From contig DBGAZC010000075.1 in assembly GCA_048472015.1 (NCBI GenBank), positions 1 through 53,091 on the forward strand: DNA of 53,091 bases. Direction: 5' to 3'. The position numbers were made by a program, and so were the translations under genes. Below the pieces are notes generated by a model. That model saw nothing but the letters and a program-made list of their open reading frames with translations. It was not told where the DNA came from and made no database searches. Origin of the DNA: Collinsella sp. (lineage in GTDB: Bacteria > Actinomycetota > Coriobacteriia > Coriobacteriales > Coriobacteriaceae). Each line of letters starts with the position of its first letter. Within the stretch, counting starts at the first letter, position 1. Of the stretch, positions 12,043 through 21,772 are shown piece by piece.

Positions 12043-13395
12043 ATGGCATTCAACGACTTGATCGCCCAGAAAATAAAGGACTTTGAACAGCAGGGGGTTC
12101 CGCAGGTCTTTGAGCGAGACCTTGATCTAGGAAACCCACAGGAGCCAAAGCGCGACAACATCGTAAATGTGATTGTGGGGGCCCGCCGTTGTGGAAAGAC
12201 GTATCGCCTGTATCAGGAGATGCGGCGGCTTCAGAGCCGGGGCGTCGAGCTTGACCGGATGCTTTACTTCAATTTTGAGGATGAGCGCTTGCGCCCGTAT
12301 GAGCCATCGCTGCTGGCGGACGTGCTCGACACGTTCTATGCGCTGTATCCTGTTGCTCGAACCGAGGGCGCTTACATTTTCTTTGACGAGATCCAGGAAA
12401 TTCCCGAATGGGGTGCGTTTCTGCGGCGTGTAGTCGATACGGAGAAAGCGACCGTCTATGTGACGGGATCTTCTTCCAAGATGCTGTCCTCAGAACTTAA
12501 GAGCGAGTTCAGGGGTCGTTCTCTTGTGCGAGAGCTTTTTCCGTTGAGTTTTTCGGAATACGTTCGATATAAGACGGGGAGCGTTCCCGAGCCAGATGCG
12601 ACCTTTTCCCCGAGCGATGCAGCGCTGCTTCGACATCATCTGATCGGGTATCTTGAACAAGGGGGATTCATCGCGACACTTGAGCAGACGCCTGCAGACG
12701 CGATTCAGCTGCTACAGGAATATGCTTCGCGAACGGTCGCCATGGACGTCGTTGAACGTTACGACGTCAAGAACCCTCGCCTGGCATCGCTGTTCTTGAC
12801 GCGGTGTATGGCATCTTCGGGACGAGAGCTGTCAGTGAACAAAGTGTACAACGAGTTCAAGAGCAGACAGATACCCGTCAGTCGTAATTCGCTCAGCGAT
12901 TTACTTGAGTATTATGAGGACGCCTACCTGTTATTTTCTGTGCCGGAGTTCACGCGTTCACTGGCAAATAACATGCGGTCTGCGTCTAAGGTCTACGCTG
13001 TCGACCCTGCGATGTTTGGAGCATTCTCTCCCGCATCGGCATTGGACCAGGGCCAGAGGCTCGAGACCGCAGTGTTCAATGCGCTAAGAAGAAGGACTCC
13101 CGCGGTGAGGACCGGCTCGGTCTGCCGCCTGCTAATCAAAGAGAAGAGCAAAAGCCATGAGGTAGACTTTGTGGCTGGGGACGCGCTTCTCATGCGGGCT
13201 TATAGCCTGATTCAGGTGAGTGCGGATATGGCAAGTGAGAAAACGCGCGAGCGCGAAATTGCCGCGCTTGATGCCTCGATGGCCCAGTTTGATCTTGGCG
13301 AGTCGGCAATCGTTACCATGGATGAACAGACCGATATTCCATGCGAGCACGGTGTGGTACACGTTATGCCCGCATGGAAGTGGCTCCTTGCCTAA
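12043..13395 (+). CDS. AAA+ ATP-binding protein (AAA_14 + DUF4143 type)
   Basis: GARRCGKT, FFDEIQ, TGSSS, GR..RELFPLSFSEY, KVYAVDP, HEVDF. Confidence 0.9.
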   Translation: MAFNDLIAQKIKDFEQQGVPQVFERDLDLGNPQEPKRDNIVNVIVGARRCGKTYRLYQEMRRLQSRGVELDRMLYFNFEDERLRPYEPSLLADVLDTFYALYPVARTEGAYIFFDEIQEIPEWGAFLRRVVDTEKATVYVTGSSSKMLSSELKSEFRGRSLVRELFPLSFSEYVRYKTGSVPEPDATFSPSDAALLRHHLIGYLEQGGFIATLEQTPADAIQLLQEYASRTVAMDVVERYDVKNPRLASLFLTRCMASSGRELSVNKVYNEFKSRQIPVSRNSLSDLLEYYEDAYLLFSVPEFTRSLANNMRSASKVYAVDPAMFGAFSPASALDQGQRLETAVFNALRRRTPAVRTGSVCRLLIKEKSKSHEVDFVAGDALLMRAYSLIQVSADMASEKTREREIAALDASMAQFDLGESAIVTMDEQTDIPCEHGVVHVMPAWKWLLA

Positions 13396-13468
13396 TCATC
13401 TATGGGCCTGTGGGGTCAGGACCTCCTGGCTCCTTCATCACGGTTGGGGAGCACCTTGCTGCGCCAGG

Positions 13469-14965
13469 CTAGTTCTGGGCTTTGATACTCGGCAGCAGGA
13501 TCTGCGCGAGGTAGTCGGTCTCGAGTTTGGTCGCGGCGTCTGCGTTGCCGTCTTTGCCAACCAGGTCGTTCTTGATCTGGCTATACGTATAGCGGTTGCC
13601 GGTCGTCAGCTCGACAAGCTCAATGGCCGTGTCCATGGGGTAGGTCGACACGGGATTCTGGGTGCGCCCGTTGATAGTCTGGGGCACCACGTACGGATAG
13701 ACGGGGCCGCTGGCATAGACGGTATAACCGTTGCCCAGGCTGACCGTGCCCAAAACCGTATCGCCGTCATCGGGCGTAAAGGTCTCGCCATCGCGCACGG
13801 CGACGAGCGTCACGAGCGGCGTATTGGCGTCGTCGCCCAGATAGATGCATAGCGTGCTGCCGTTTTGCCAAGTTGCGACCTTGCCGTACCACTCGACGGG
13901 AATATCGAGCTGGTAGAGGTCGGTTGCCTTGTGGCGAGCGTCAGCATCACGGGATGCCTGTGCCTTTTGCGCGCTCACGGCATTGACGGCGGCGTCGCGC
14001 CGCGCGGTTGCTGCCTGCTGGAGCACTTTGGCAGCCGCGGCGGAGCTCGCGCCGCCTTCCTCGGCATACTTGGCGGCGGCATCGATCTGGTCGTCAGTCA
14101 CCGTGTTGGCCGAAGGCACTTTGAGCTTAAAGGTGGCCTGGGCACTTAAATCCTGTCCATCGCTCTTAACGGTGACCTGCGTCTTGGTGGTCGGGACGGT
14201 ATAGATGGTGCCGTCGGCCGCGATGGGGGAGGCAGCGATGGAGAACGTGTAATCGCCGGGCAGCAGTTTGATGCCGCGGCCGCGCTCGTCAACATAGAGT
14301 GTTTCGCTCACGGAGGAGCCATCAGCGTCCTGACCGCTCACCTGTACGGGAATCTTGGAGCCGGTGGAACAGTCGAGGCCCGCGGCATGCACGCCAATCT
14401 GCACTGACATCATCGTGTGGGCATTGGCGGCGACAGCGGCAGCCTGCTCTTGCTGATATCCGTTCCAGGCGGCATAGCCTGCGCCGCCTGCGACGAGCGC
14501 GACGGCCACGACACCGGCGACCATCAGATTGCGGCGCTTGGGCGACATCTTGCGATGACGAACCTCGGCCTCGCGTGCCGAGGGAACGGACGGCAGGGGA
14601 ATATCGCCCATGGCGATGGTCTCGTCCACGGCAGGCGCAGAGCCCAGGCCGGGAAGCTCGCGGGTCAGCGAATCTTCGGCCGGCAAGCTGTCGAGCAAGA
14701 TGGTTTCCTCGCTCGTGTCGGATTCGGGCTGGTCGTCGGCCTCGCATTCGGTGTCTTCGTGATCTGCCTCATCTTCGGCAGGCTCAACGTCGTCTGCATC
14801 CTGATCATCGGACTGCGCCTCGGCTTCCGACTCATCCTGCACATCAACGCCCGAATCGTCAAACGCAATCTCATCAAGTGAAATCCGGTCTAGGCTCTCC
14901 AGGGCTTCGGCACTCGCTTCTGCATCTTGGGCCGCATCCTCTTGGCCCATCGTCTCATCATTCAT
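13469..14965 (-). CDS. Single-pass membrane protein with long acidic N-terminus
   Basis: ~140-aa acidic low-complexity region, basic patch, TM helix, extracytoplasmic domain. Confidence 0.85.
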   Translation of the reverse strand: MNDETMGQEDAAQDAEASAEALESLDRISLDEIAFDDSGVDVQDESEAEAQSDDQDADDVEPAEDEADHEDTECEADDQPESDTSEETILLDSLPAEDSLTRELPGLGSAPAVDETIAMGDIPLPSVPSAREAEVRHRKMSPKRRNLMVAGVVAVALVAGGAGYAAWNGYQQEQAAAVAANAHTMMSVQIGVHAAGLDCSTGSKIPVQVSGQDADGSSVSETLYVDERGRGIKLLPGDYTFSIAASPIAADGTIYTVPTTKTQVTVKSDGQDLSAQATFKLKVPSANTVTDDQIDAAAKYAEEGGASSAAAAKVLQQAATARRDAAVNAVSAQKAQASRDADARHKATDLYQLDIPVEWYGKVATWQNGSTLCIYLGDDANTPLVTLVAVRDGETFTPDDGDTVLGTVSLGNGYTVYASGPVYPYVVPQTINGRTQNPVSTYPMDTAIELVELTTGNRYTYSQIKNDLVGKDGNADAATKLETDYLAQILLPSIKAQN

Positions 14966-15096
14966 ACATCCCCCAAGCTCAATATCGGGACAACAATGTA
15001 CCCAAAATTGGGGTCACATAGAGCTGTCAGGCGATTGGAAATCTGATTTTATCTGTGAGAGAGGTTTTGCATATGTGCGTGAATGCGCGCAACAAC

Positions 15097-15135
15097 AAAA
15101 AGCCCCGGAAAGCGGACGAATCGCTTTCCGGGGCT
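15097..15135 (-). terminator. Intrinsic terminator for the DUF5692-like gene
   Basis: AGCCCCGGAAAGCG / CGCTTTCCGGGGCT stem with an A run on the left (U tract on the minus strand). Confidence 0.8.
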
Positions 15136-15202
15136 GCGCATGACGCGCGATTGCGGCATCGGCTAAGTTTGCCTACATCCAAATGTGGACGGAATAAACA
15201 TG

Positions 15203-16210
15203 TTACTCGGCGTGTGCGTAATCCACCTTGGCGCGGCGAGCGGTAGCCTTCTCCCAATCGCTGGTGCCCTCAAAGACATCCTGCTTGTAGGGATTGCGGC
15301 CGAGCTTTTTGGCGCGGTAGGCGATGTAGATGATCGCGGCGACGTTGGCGATCAGTGCGGCGATCGAGACCGCGGCAGCGGCGCCGGGGTCGAGCGTGGA
15401 GTGGGTCACAAAGACGGACTCCTCCTGGAAGTACGGGAACACCTGGGCAAACATGCACCAAATGGCCAGCGTAAAGGCGCGGTTCTGGATCCAGCCGCCC
15501 TTGTTCCAGATAAAGGCGGCGACGGTGGGCGCCAACAGCAGCGCAAAGCCGCAGAACCAGGAATGGGTGGGCAGGCAGTTGTAGGTGTAGCAGAAGTTCC
15601 AGATATCGTAGGCGATGATGTAGACCCAGGTCATGTCGGGCCACAGCATGTCGGTTTGATCCTCGGAGGCGTAGACGCTCCACCAACCGGTCATGCAGAA
15701 GATGTTGATGATACCGGCGATGCCGTTGAACACGTTGTTCCAGCCGGCCAGCTGCGTAGCACCTTCGGAGGTGACCCAGGTGGACTCGCCCAGGACAAAG
15801 AAGTGGTAGACGCTCTCGAAGTCGGACACGACGGCAATCATGATGTTGATGGCGACGATCACAAACGGCCACGCACGGAACCAATGCGCCTTGCCGATCT
15901 TTCCCCACTGGTACTTAATGGCAATGAAGCCCCAGCAACCGGCCAGCGCAGCGTATACCTTGGCGTAGTGGAACCAGCTGTTCTGGTACACATGGGTGGG
16001 GTTGGTGAGCGCCCACTCGGCACCCTGCGAAACGCCGACGGCGATGGCGACGCAGTAGATGGTCATGGCCAGCGGAGCAACGCCAAAGATGATTGCCGCG
16101 CCCAGCTTAGTGCGGCGGCCGACCTCGTTGAGCACGATCAGGCCAATAAAGACCATGGCCCAGCCGGCCCAGTGGATAAGGGTATCGCTACCCCAAACAT
16201 CGAACAGCAT
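15203..16210 (-). CDS. Polytopic membrane protein, DUF5692-like
   Basis: Multiple TM helices; LNEVGRR, WFHYAKVY, NIMIAV, MLWPDMTW, YDIWNF, WIQNRA motifs recalled for this family; AGGAG RBS. Confidence 0.8.
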   Translation of the reverse strand: MLFDVWGSDTLIHWAGWAMVFIGLIVLNEVGRRTKLGAAIIFGVAPLAMTIYCVAIAVGVSQGAEWALTNPTHVYQNSWFHYAKVYAALAGCWGFIAIKYQWGKIGKAHWFRAWPFVIVAINIMIAVVSDFESVYHFFVLGESTWVTSEGATQLAGWNNVFNGIAGIINIFCMTGWWSVYASEDQTDMLWPDMTWVYIIAYDIWNFCYTYNCLPTHSWFCGFALLLAPTVAAFIWNKGGWIQNRAFTLAIWCMFAQVFPYFQEESVFVTHSTLDPGAAAAVSIAALIANVAAIIYIAYRAKKLGRNPYKQDVFEGTSDWEKATARRAKVDYAHAE

Positions 16211-16273
16211 GCTGCTCTCCTTTCACACGCCCGCGGCCCCTCTTCTGATCGCGGGCAGTTTGGCCAAATGTCG

Positions 16274-16936
16274 TCAGTTCTGGGGCTTGCGCTCCGGATA
16301 CTTGGCGGTATAGCCCTCGATGTGGAGTGTCGAGGCGATGATTTCCTTGACCGTTTCGTCGGGCACATCGGGGTGCGTGCGGATATACATCAAAAGACCC
16401 ATGATGAGGGTGTAGAACGTCTCGTAGACATGGTCGATGCGTAGCTCATGATGGGCGACAAAATCCACTACGGTGGTGTCGCAGATATACTGCGCCACGC
16501 GCTGGACCACGTTGTGCAAAAAGCCGCCGTAGAGCGCGCCGCTGCTCGAGGTAAGCGTGCTCGGCAGCTCGTGGCCGCTGGCGACCAGGCGCTTAAAGAG
16601 CGGGGCGACGGTGTCGAGCGCGCCCTCGATATCACCGACGGTGCGGTCGGCGTTCCACCGCTCGAGTTCGGAGATAAAGCCGTCGATCGCCTCGTCCATA
16701 ACAGCGGTGACGGCGGCGTCCATGTCGGCGAAGTAATGGTAGAACAATGAACGCGTGCAGCCGGCTCGCTTGGTCACGGCCGATACCGATAGGTGGGACA
16801 CGCCCAGCTCGGAGCTTACGGTGCGCACGGCATCGAGGATCTCGCGACGGCGTTCGTCGCCCGTCAGGCGCTTTGCCGCGCTATCGGATGCGGGGACGGC
16901 ATCGACCACAGAGGTACCTGCTGTGTTGTTGCCCAT
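16274..16936 (-). CDS. TetR/AcrR family transcriptional regulator
   Basis: RRREILDA...LSVSAVTKRAGCTRSLFYHYF HTH. Confidence 0.93.
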   Translation of the reverse strand: MGNNTAGTSVVDAVPASDSAAKRLTGDERRREILDAVRTVSSELGVSHLSVSAVTKRAGCTRSLFYHYFADMDAAVTAVMDEAIDGFISELERWNADRTVGDIEGALDTVAPLFKRLVASGHELPSTLTSSSGALYGGFLHNVVQRVAQYICDTTVVDFVAHHELRIDHVYETFYTLIMGLLMYIRTHPDVPDETVKEIIASTLHIEGYTAKYPERKPQN

Positions 16937-16994
16937 GTTTTGCCGCCTTTCATCCTCTTTTGCCTGACCGTTCGCCTAACAGTCTTGAATATTG

Positions 16995-17032
16995 TTGACG
17001 GTTCGTCAATACTATTTTTGACACAATGTCAA
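16995..17032. promoter_or_regulatory. Two tandem palindromes TTGAC-N5-GTCAA, candidate TetR operators
   Basis: TTGACGGTTCGTCAA (16995-17009) and TTGACACAATGTCAA (17018-17032) in the divergent intergenic region. Confidence 0.75.
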
Positions 17033-17124
17033 CAATGGCGGGTGAACGGCATGGGGCATGCCCGGCCTGCAAAAAAAGAGGGGCGCTGCGGCCTCGTCGG
17101 GCTGTGGCAAGAGAAGGGACAACC

Positions 17125-19902
17125 ATGATTCTCAACGGACCGGGGATTAGCTACACCGAGCCCGACATCGGTTCGGAGTTCGTGCCGCCGCTGCCGGAGC
17201 ATCCGCGCGAGGCCATCGTCAAGCTGTGCGAGCACTGCACCAACCGTCTGCTGCATCGCGACGAGCTGTTGGGCTACGAGTACTGGTCGTTTGCCGAGGC
17301 CGCGACCGACGAGCAGGCCGAAGTGCTCTGCAAGATGAAGATGCGCCGTCCCTATACGCTGCCCGAGATGGCCAAGCTCACCGGCATGCCCGAGGCCGAT
17401 ATCGAGAAGATGCTCGACGACATGAGCTACACGGGTCTGCTCGAGTACAACTTGGAAAACCCCGAGCGCGCCAAGCAGTGGGTGCTGCCCATGCTGGTGC
17501 CGGGCTCTGCCGAGTTCCTCAACATGCGCGTGAGCCAGCTCGAAGAGCACCCGGTCTACGCCAAGTTCTTTGAGCAGGCATCCAAAGGCCCGCTGTCCAA
17601 GGCTACGCCGATGGTGCCGCCCGGAGGCGCCGGCATCGGCATGCACGTCATTCCGGTCGAGAAGGCCATCGACGCCGCGAGCACCTCGGTGCCTATTGAG
17701 CATATCGAGCACTGGCTCGACAAATATGATGGCAAATATGCCGCTAGCACCTGCAGCTGCCGCGCGAGCCGTCGCGTGATGGGGGAGGGCTGCGCCGACG
17801 ACCCGGCCGATTGGTGCATCGCCGTGGGCGATATGGCCGACTACGTGGTCGAGACCGACCGCGGCCATTACGTGACGCGCGACGAGGTCTACGACATTCT
17901 GCGCCAGGCCGAGGATAACGGCTTTGTGCACCAGATCACCAACATCGACGGCGAGAACAAGATCTTCGCCATCTGCAACTGCAACGTCAACGTGTGCTAC
18001 GCCCTGCGCACCTCGCAGCTGTTCAACACGCCCAACCTGTCGCGCTCGGCCTATGTCGCCAAGGTCGAGAAGGACAAGTGCGTGGCCTGCGGTCGCTGCG
18101 TTGAGGTGTGTCCGGCCGGCGCCGCCAAACTGGGCCAGAAGCTCTGCAGCAAAAAGGCCAGCGGACAGGTGCCCGAGTATCCGCGCCAGGAGCTGCCCGA
18201 CGCCACCAAATGGGATCACACCAAGTGGTCGCCCAACTACCGCAACGACAACCGCATCGAGACGCATGAGTCCGGCACCGCTCCCTGCAAGACGGCCTGC
18301 CCCGCGCACGTTGCCGTTCAGGGCTATTTGAAGCTCGCGGCTCAGGGTCGCTATGACGAGGCCCTAGCACTCATTAAGCGCGAGAACCCGCTGCCCGCTA
18401 TCTGCGGCCGTGTGTGCAACCGCCGCTGTGAGGATGCCTGTACCCGCGGCCGTGTAGACGCTGCCGTGGCTATCGACGAGGTCAAGAAGTTCATCGCCCA
18501 GCGCGATCTGGATGCCGCGACCCGCTATGTCCCACCTGTGGTGACCCCGACGCGTGCCGGCGGCTTCGATCAGAAGATCGCCATCATCGGTGCCGGCCCG
18601 GCCGGTCTGTCCTGTGCCTTCTATCTGGCCGAGAAGGGTTACAAGCCCGTCGTGTTCGAGAAGAACGAGCGCCCGGGCGGCATGCTCACCTATGGCATTC
18701 CCAGCTTTAAGCTGGAGAAGGACGTTATCGAGGCCGAGGTCGAAGTTATTCGCCTGATGGGTGCCGAGTTCCGCTATGGCGTGGAGGTCGGTCGCGATGT
18801 GACGCTCGACGAGCTGCGCGCGCAGGGCTTTAAGGCCTTCTACGTTGCCATTGGCTGCCAGGGCGGCCGCCTTGCGGGCATTCCGGGCGAGGGTGCCGAG
18901 GACGTGACCGTGGCCGTCGACTTCCTTCGCGAGGTTAACAGCGGCAAGATCGATTCCCTGTCCGGCCGCACCATTGTGGTGGGCGGCGGCAACGTGGCTA
19001 TCGATGTCGCGCGCAACGCCTGCCGTCTGGGTTCCGAGCACGTTGAGATGTTCTGCCTGGAGAGCGATGCCCAGATGCCTGCCAGCGAGGAGGAGCGTCG
19101 CGAGGCCATTGAGGATGGCGCGCACATCAGCTGCGGATGGGGCCCCAAGGAGATTCACCTGGACGAGGCCGGTCGCGTGTGCGGCATCACCTTCAAGCGC
19201 TGCACGCGTGTCTTTGACGACGAGGGCCGTTTTGCGCCCGAGTACGACGAGAACGATCTGCGCCGTGTCGATGCCGACCGTGTCGTCATGTCGATTGGCC
19301 AGTCCATTGTGTGGGGCGACCTGCTGGCTGGCTCCAAGGTGGAGCTTGGCCGCGGCCAGGGCGCCCTGGCCGATCCCCAGACTTACCAGACCGCCGAACC
19401 CGACATCTTTGTGGGCGGCGACGTCTACACCGGCCCCAGCTTTGCCATCGATGCCATTGCCGCCGGCCACGAGGCTGCCGTGTCCATCCATCGCTTTGTG
19501 CAGCCGGGCTCCACGCTCACCATCGGCCGCAACCAGCGCCGCTACACCGCGCTCGACCGCGACGATGTCGTGATCGAGAGCTACGACAACGCGAGCCGCG
19601 AGGTTGCGCATGTGGACCGCGAACGCGAGAAGGCTGCGCCGTTTAGCGAGTATGTTGAGACCTTTACCGAGGAGCAGGTGCGCGCCGAGACCGCCCGTTG
19701 CCTGGGCTGCGGCGCCTCGATCGTCGACCCCAACAAGTGCATCGGCTGCGGCCTGTGCACCACCAAGTGCGCGTTCGACGCCATCCATCTGGATCGCGAC
19801 CGCCCCGAGTGCTCAACGATGGTCAAATACGAGCAAAAGCTCCCAAGCCTTGGCAAGTATGCTCTAAAGCGTGCCATCAAGATTAAATTTGGTCGTAAAT
19901 AG
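17125..19902 (+). CDS. Multi-Fe-S, FAD/NAD(P)H-dependent oxidoreductase (GltD/NfnB-like core with extra Cys-rich N-terminal and ferredoxin domains)
   Basis: CSCR/CNC motifs, CVACGRCVEVCP, APCKTACP, CGRVCNRRCEDAC, GAGPAG, GGGNVA, CIGCGLCTTKC; ATG after AAGGGA. Confidence 0.9.
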   Translation: MILNGPGISYTEPDIGSEFVPPLPEHPREAIVKLCEHCTNRLLHRDELLGYEYWSFAEAATDEQAEVLCKMKMRRPYTLPEMAKLTGMPEADIEKMLDDMSYTGLLEYNLENPERAKQWVLPMLVPGSAEFLNMRVSQLEEHPVYAKFFEQASKGPLSKATPMVPPGGAGIGMHVIPVEKAIDAASTSVPIEHIEHWLDKYDGKYAASTCSCRASRRVMGEGCADDPADWCIAVGDMADYVVETDRGHYVTRDEVYDILRQAEDNGFVHQITNIDGENKIFAICNCNVNVCYALRTSQLFNTPNLSRSAYVAKVEKDKCVACGRCVEVCPAGAAKLGQKLCSKKASGQVPEYPRQELPDATKWDHTKWSPNYRNDNRIETHESGTAPCKTACPAHVAVQGYLKLAAQGRYDEALALIKRENPLPAICGRVCNRRCEDACTRGRVDAAVAIDEVKKFIAQRDLDAATRYVPPVVTPTRAGGFDQKIAIIGAGPAGLSCAFYLAEKGYKPVVFEKNERPGGMLTYGIPSFKLEKDVIEAEVEVIRLMGAEFRYGVEVGRDVTLDELRAQGFKAFYVAIGCQGGRLAGIPGEGAEDVTVAVDFLREVNSGKIDSLSGRTIVVGGGNVAIDVARNACRLGSEHVEMFCLESDAQMPASEEERREAIEDGAHISCGWGPKEIHLDEAGRVCGITFKRCTRVFDDEGRFAPEYDENDLRRVDADRVVMSIGQSIVWGDLLAGSKVELGRGQGALADPQTYQTAEPDIFVGGDVYTGPSFAIDAIAAGHEAAVSIHRFVQPGSTLTIGRNQRRYTALDRDDVVIESYDNASREVAHVDREREKAAPFSEYVETFTEEQVRAETARCLGCGASIVDPNKCIGCGLCTTKCAFDAIHLDRDRPECSTMVKYEQKLPSLGKYALKRAIKIKFGRK

Positions 19903-19998
19903 GTAGCCATGGCGGGTAAGGGGACGGCGCAGACTAGATCTCGTCGTCCCCTTGCTTTGAGTTTGCATCGAATCAACCTCTGCAGAAAGGGTTTCGCC

Positions 19999-20427
19999 TT
20001 GCATGAATTGGGAATCGTCTATCACATCATTCGCGATGTCGAGAACGTGGCGCGCGCCAATGGCGTGCGTCGCGTTTCGAGCGTCACGCTGCTGCTGGGC
20101 GAGGTCTCGGGCGTCGTTCCCGACTTGCTACTCGACGCTTGGCGCTGGGCGGCAGATAAAAAGCCCATCACCGAGGGTGCAGAGCTTATCGTGGAGCCCG
20201 TTGAGGCCGTGACACATTGCGAGGCGTGTGGCTGCGACTACGCGACGGTCGAGCACGGCAAGGCCTGTCCCCATTGCGGTAGCGGCGAGACCTATTTGCT
20301 GCAGGGCCAAGAGGTAATGATCAAACAGATCGAGACCCCCGAAGAGGATCCGGCAGGCGCTGCCCCCGACGGCCCTTCCGACGCGCCCGATGCCGTCGAC
20401 GCCGCCAACCCTCTCCACATCGCCTAA
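19999..20427 (+). CDS. hypA: Nickel metallochaperone HypA
   Basis: TTG start after AGAAAGG gives MHELGI; GEVSGV; CEAC and CPHCGS zinc motifs. Confidence 0.93.
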   Translation: MHELGIVYHIIRDVENVARANGVRRVSSVTLLLGEVSGVVPDLLLDAWRWAADKKPITEGAELIVEPVEAVTHCEACGCDYATVEHGKACPHCGSGETYLLQGQEVMIKQIETPEEDPAGAAPDGPSDAPDAVDAANPLHIA

Positions 20428-20764
20428 CATCTAATGTCTACATGGGCTAGAGTTCTAAACATATTTGCTTCGGTTAGTCAAGTCATGTCTGTTCAAACAA
20501 AATGGTGGCACGCAGACGCATTGGGATTCACCTAAAAGCGGTCTTAACGAACGGTGCACCTTTATATGTCTTTGAAAACAATCAGCAAATCACGTTTTAG
20601 CAGGCAATGAGCTATAAGCCAGCAACGTAATCAACTTGTAACAAACTTAGACGTTTAAACAAATAATCCAACCTTTTGCGGATTTAGCTATAATTCCACA
20701 AACCAAACAGCTATACTCCTTTCATGTCGTGTAGGAAATACGTAGACAAAAAGGAGGTTATGTG

Positions 20765-21754
20765 ATGGTAAGTATTGTTCTTGCTAGCCACGGGGACTTG
20801 GCAGCTGGAATCAAGCAGACGGGCTCGATGGTCTTTGGCGATCAACCGTCTGTTGCCGTGGTCTCGCTCGAGCCGAGCATGGGCCCCGACGATTTCCGTG
20901 CCAAGGTCGAGGAAGCAGTCGCTTCCTTCGAGGACCAGGAGCAGGTGCTCTTCCTCGTTGATCTGTGGGGCGGCACGCCGTTCAACCAGATCAGCGGGCT
21001 CATCGAGGGCCACGATTCCTGGGCTATCGTCACCGGTGTCAACCTGCCTATGCTCATCGAGGCATATTCGCAGCGCTTTGACGCAAAGAACACTGCACAT
21101 GCGATCGCAAAACATCTCGTGACTGAGGCTAAGGCTGGCGTGCGCGTCAAGCCCGAGTCTCTGGAGCCCGAGGAGAAGAAGCCGGCTGCGGCCGCCGCTG
21201 CTCCTGCAGGCGCCATCCCTCCGGGAACGGTCATCGGCGATGGGCACATCAAGATCGCCCACGTCCGTATCGACACCCGTCTGCTTCATGGCCAGGTGGC
21301 CACCACGTGGACCAAGCAGATCAACCCCAACCGCATCATCGTGGTTTCCGACGGCGTTGCTCACGACGAGCTCCGCAAGACCATGATCGAGCAGGCTGCC
21401 CCTCCGGGAGTCCATGCCAACGTCGTGCCCATCAAGAAGATGGCCGAGGTCGTCAAGGACACGCGCTTTGGTGACACCAAGGCCATGCTGCTCTTTGAGA
21501 ACCCGCAGGATCTGCTCAAGGCCATCGAGGCCGGCGTCGACATCAAGGAAGTCAACATCGGTTCCATGGCTCACTCCAAGGGCAAGGTCGTCGTCACCAA
21601 CGCCGTCGCTATGGGCGATGACGACGTTAAGACTCTCGAGGCCCTCAAGGCCAAGGGCGTCAAGTTCGAGGTCCGCAAGGTTCCTTCGGATTCCTCCGAG
21701 GATCTCGACGCCATGTTGAAGAAAGCTAAGGCCGAACTGGCCGCTCAAGCATAG
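20765..21754 (+). CDS. manL: PTS mannose EIIAB
   Basis: ASHG, DLWGGTPFN, RIDTRLLHGQV. Confidence 0.95.
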   Translation: MVSIVLASHGDLAAGIKQTGSMVFGDQPSVAVVSLEPSMGPDDFRAKVEEAVASFEDQEQVLFLVDLWGGTPFNQISGLIEGHDSWAIVTGVNLPMLIEAYSQRFDAKNTAHAIAKHLVTEAKAGVRVKPESLEPEEKKPAAAAAAPAGAIPPGTVIGDGHIKIAHVRIDTRLLHGQVATTWTKQINPNRIIVVSDGVAHDELRKTMIEQAAPPGVHANVVPIKKMAEVVKDTRFGDTKAMLLFENPQDLLKAIEAGVDIKEVNIGSMAHSKGKVVVTNAVAMGDDDVKTLEALKAKGVKFEVRKVPSDSSEDLDAMLKKAKAELAAQA

Positions 21755-21772
21755 TAAAGGAGGGTCCGATAC

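Noticed and set aside
16995..17032. FNR/CRP-type box
   Set aside because: Spacing and sequence (TTGAC-N5-GTCAA) differ from TTGAT-N4-ATCAA; the adjacent TetR is the simpler explanation.
20430..20720. AT-rich leader of manL with GTTTAAAC-like short palindromes
   Set aside because: Probably regulatory, but the motifs are too short and variable to call an operator; only TATAAT at 20689 is clear.
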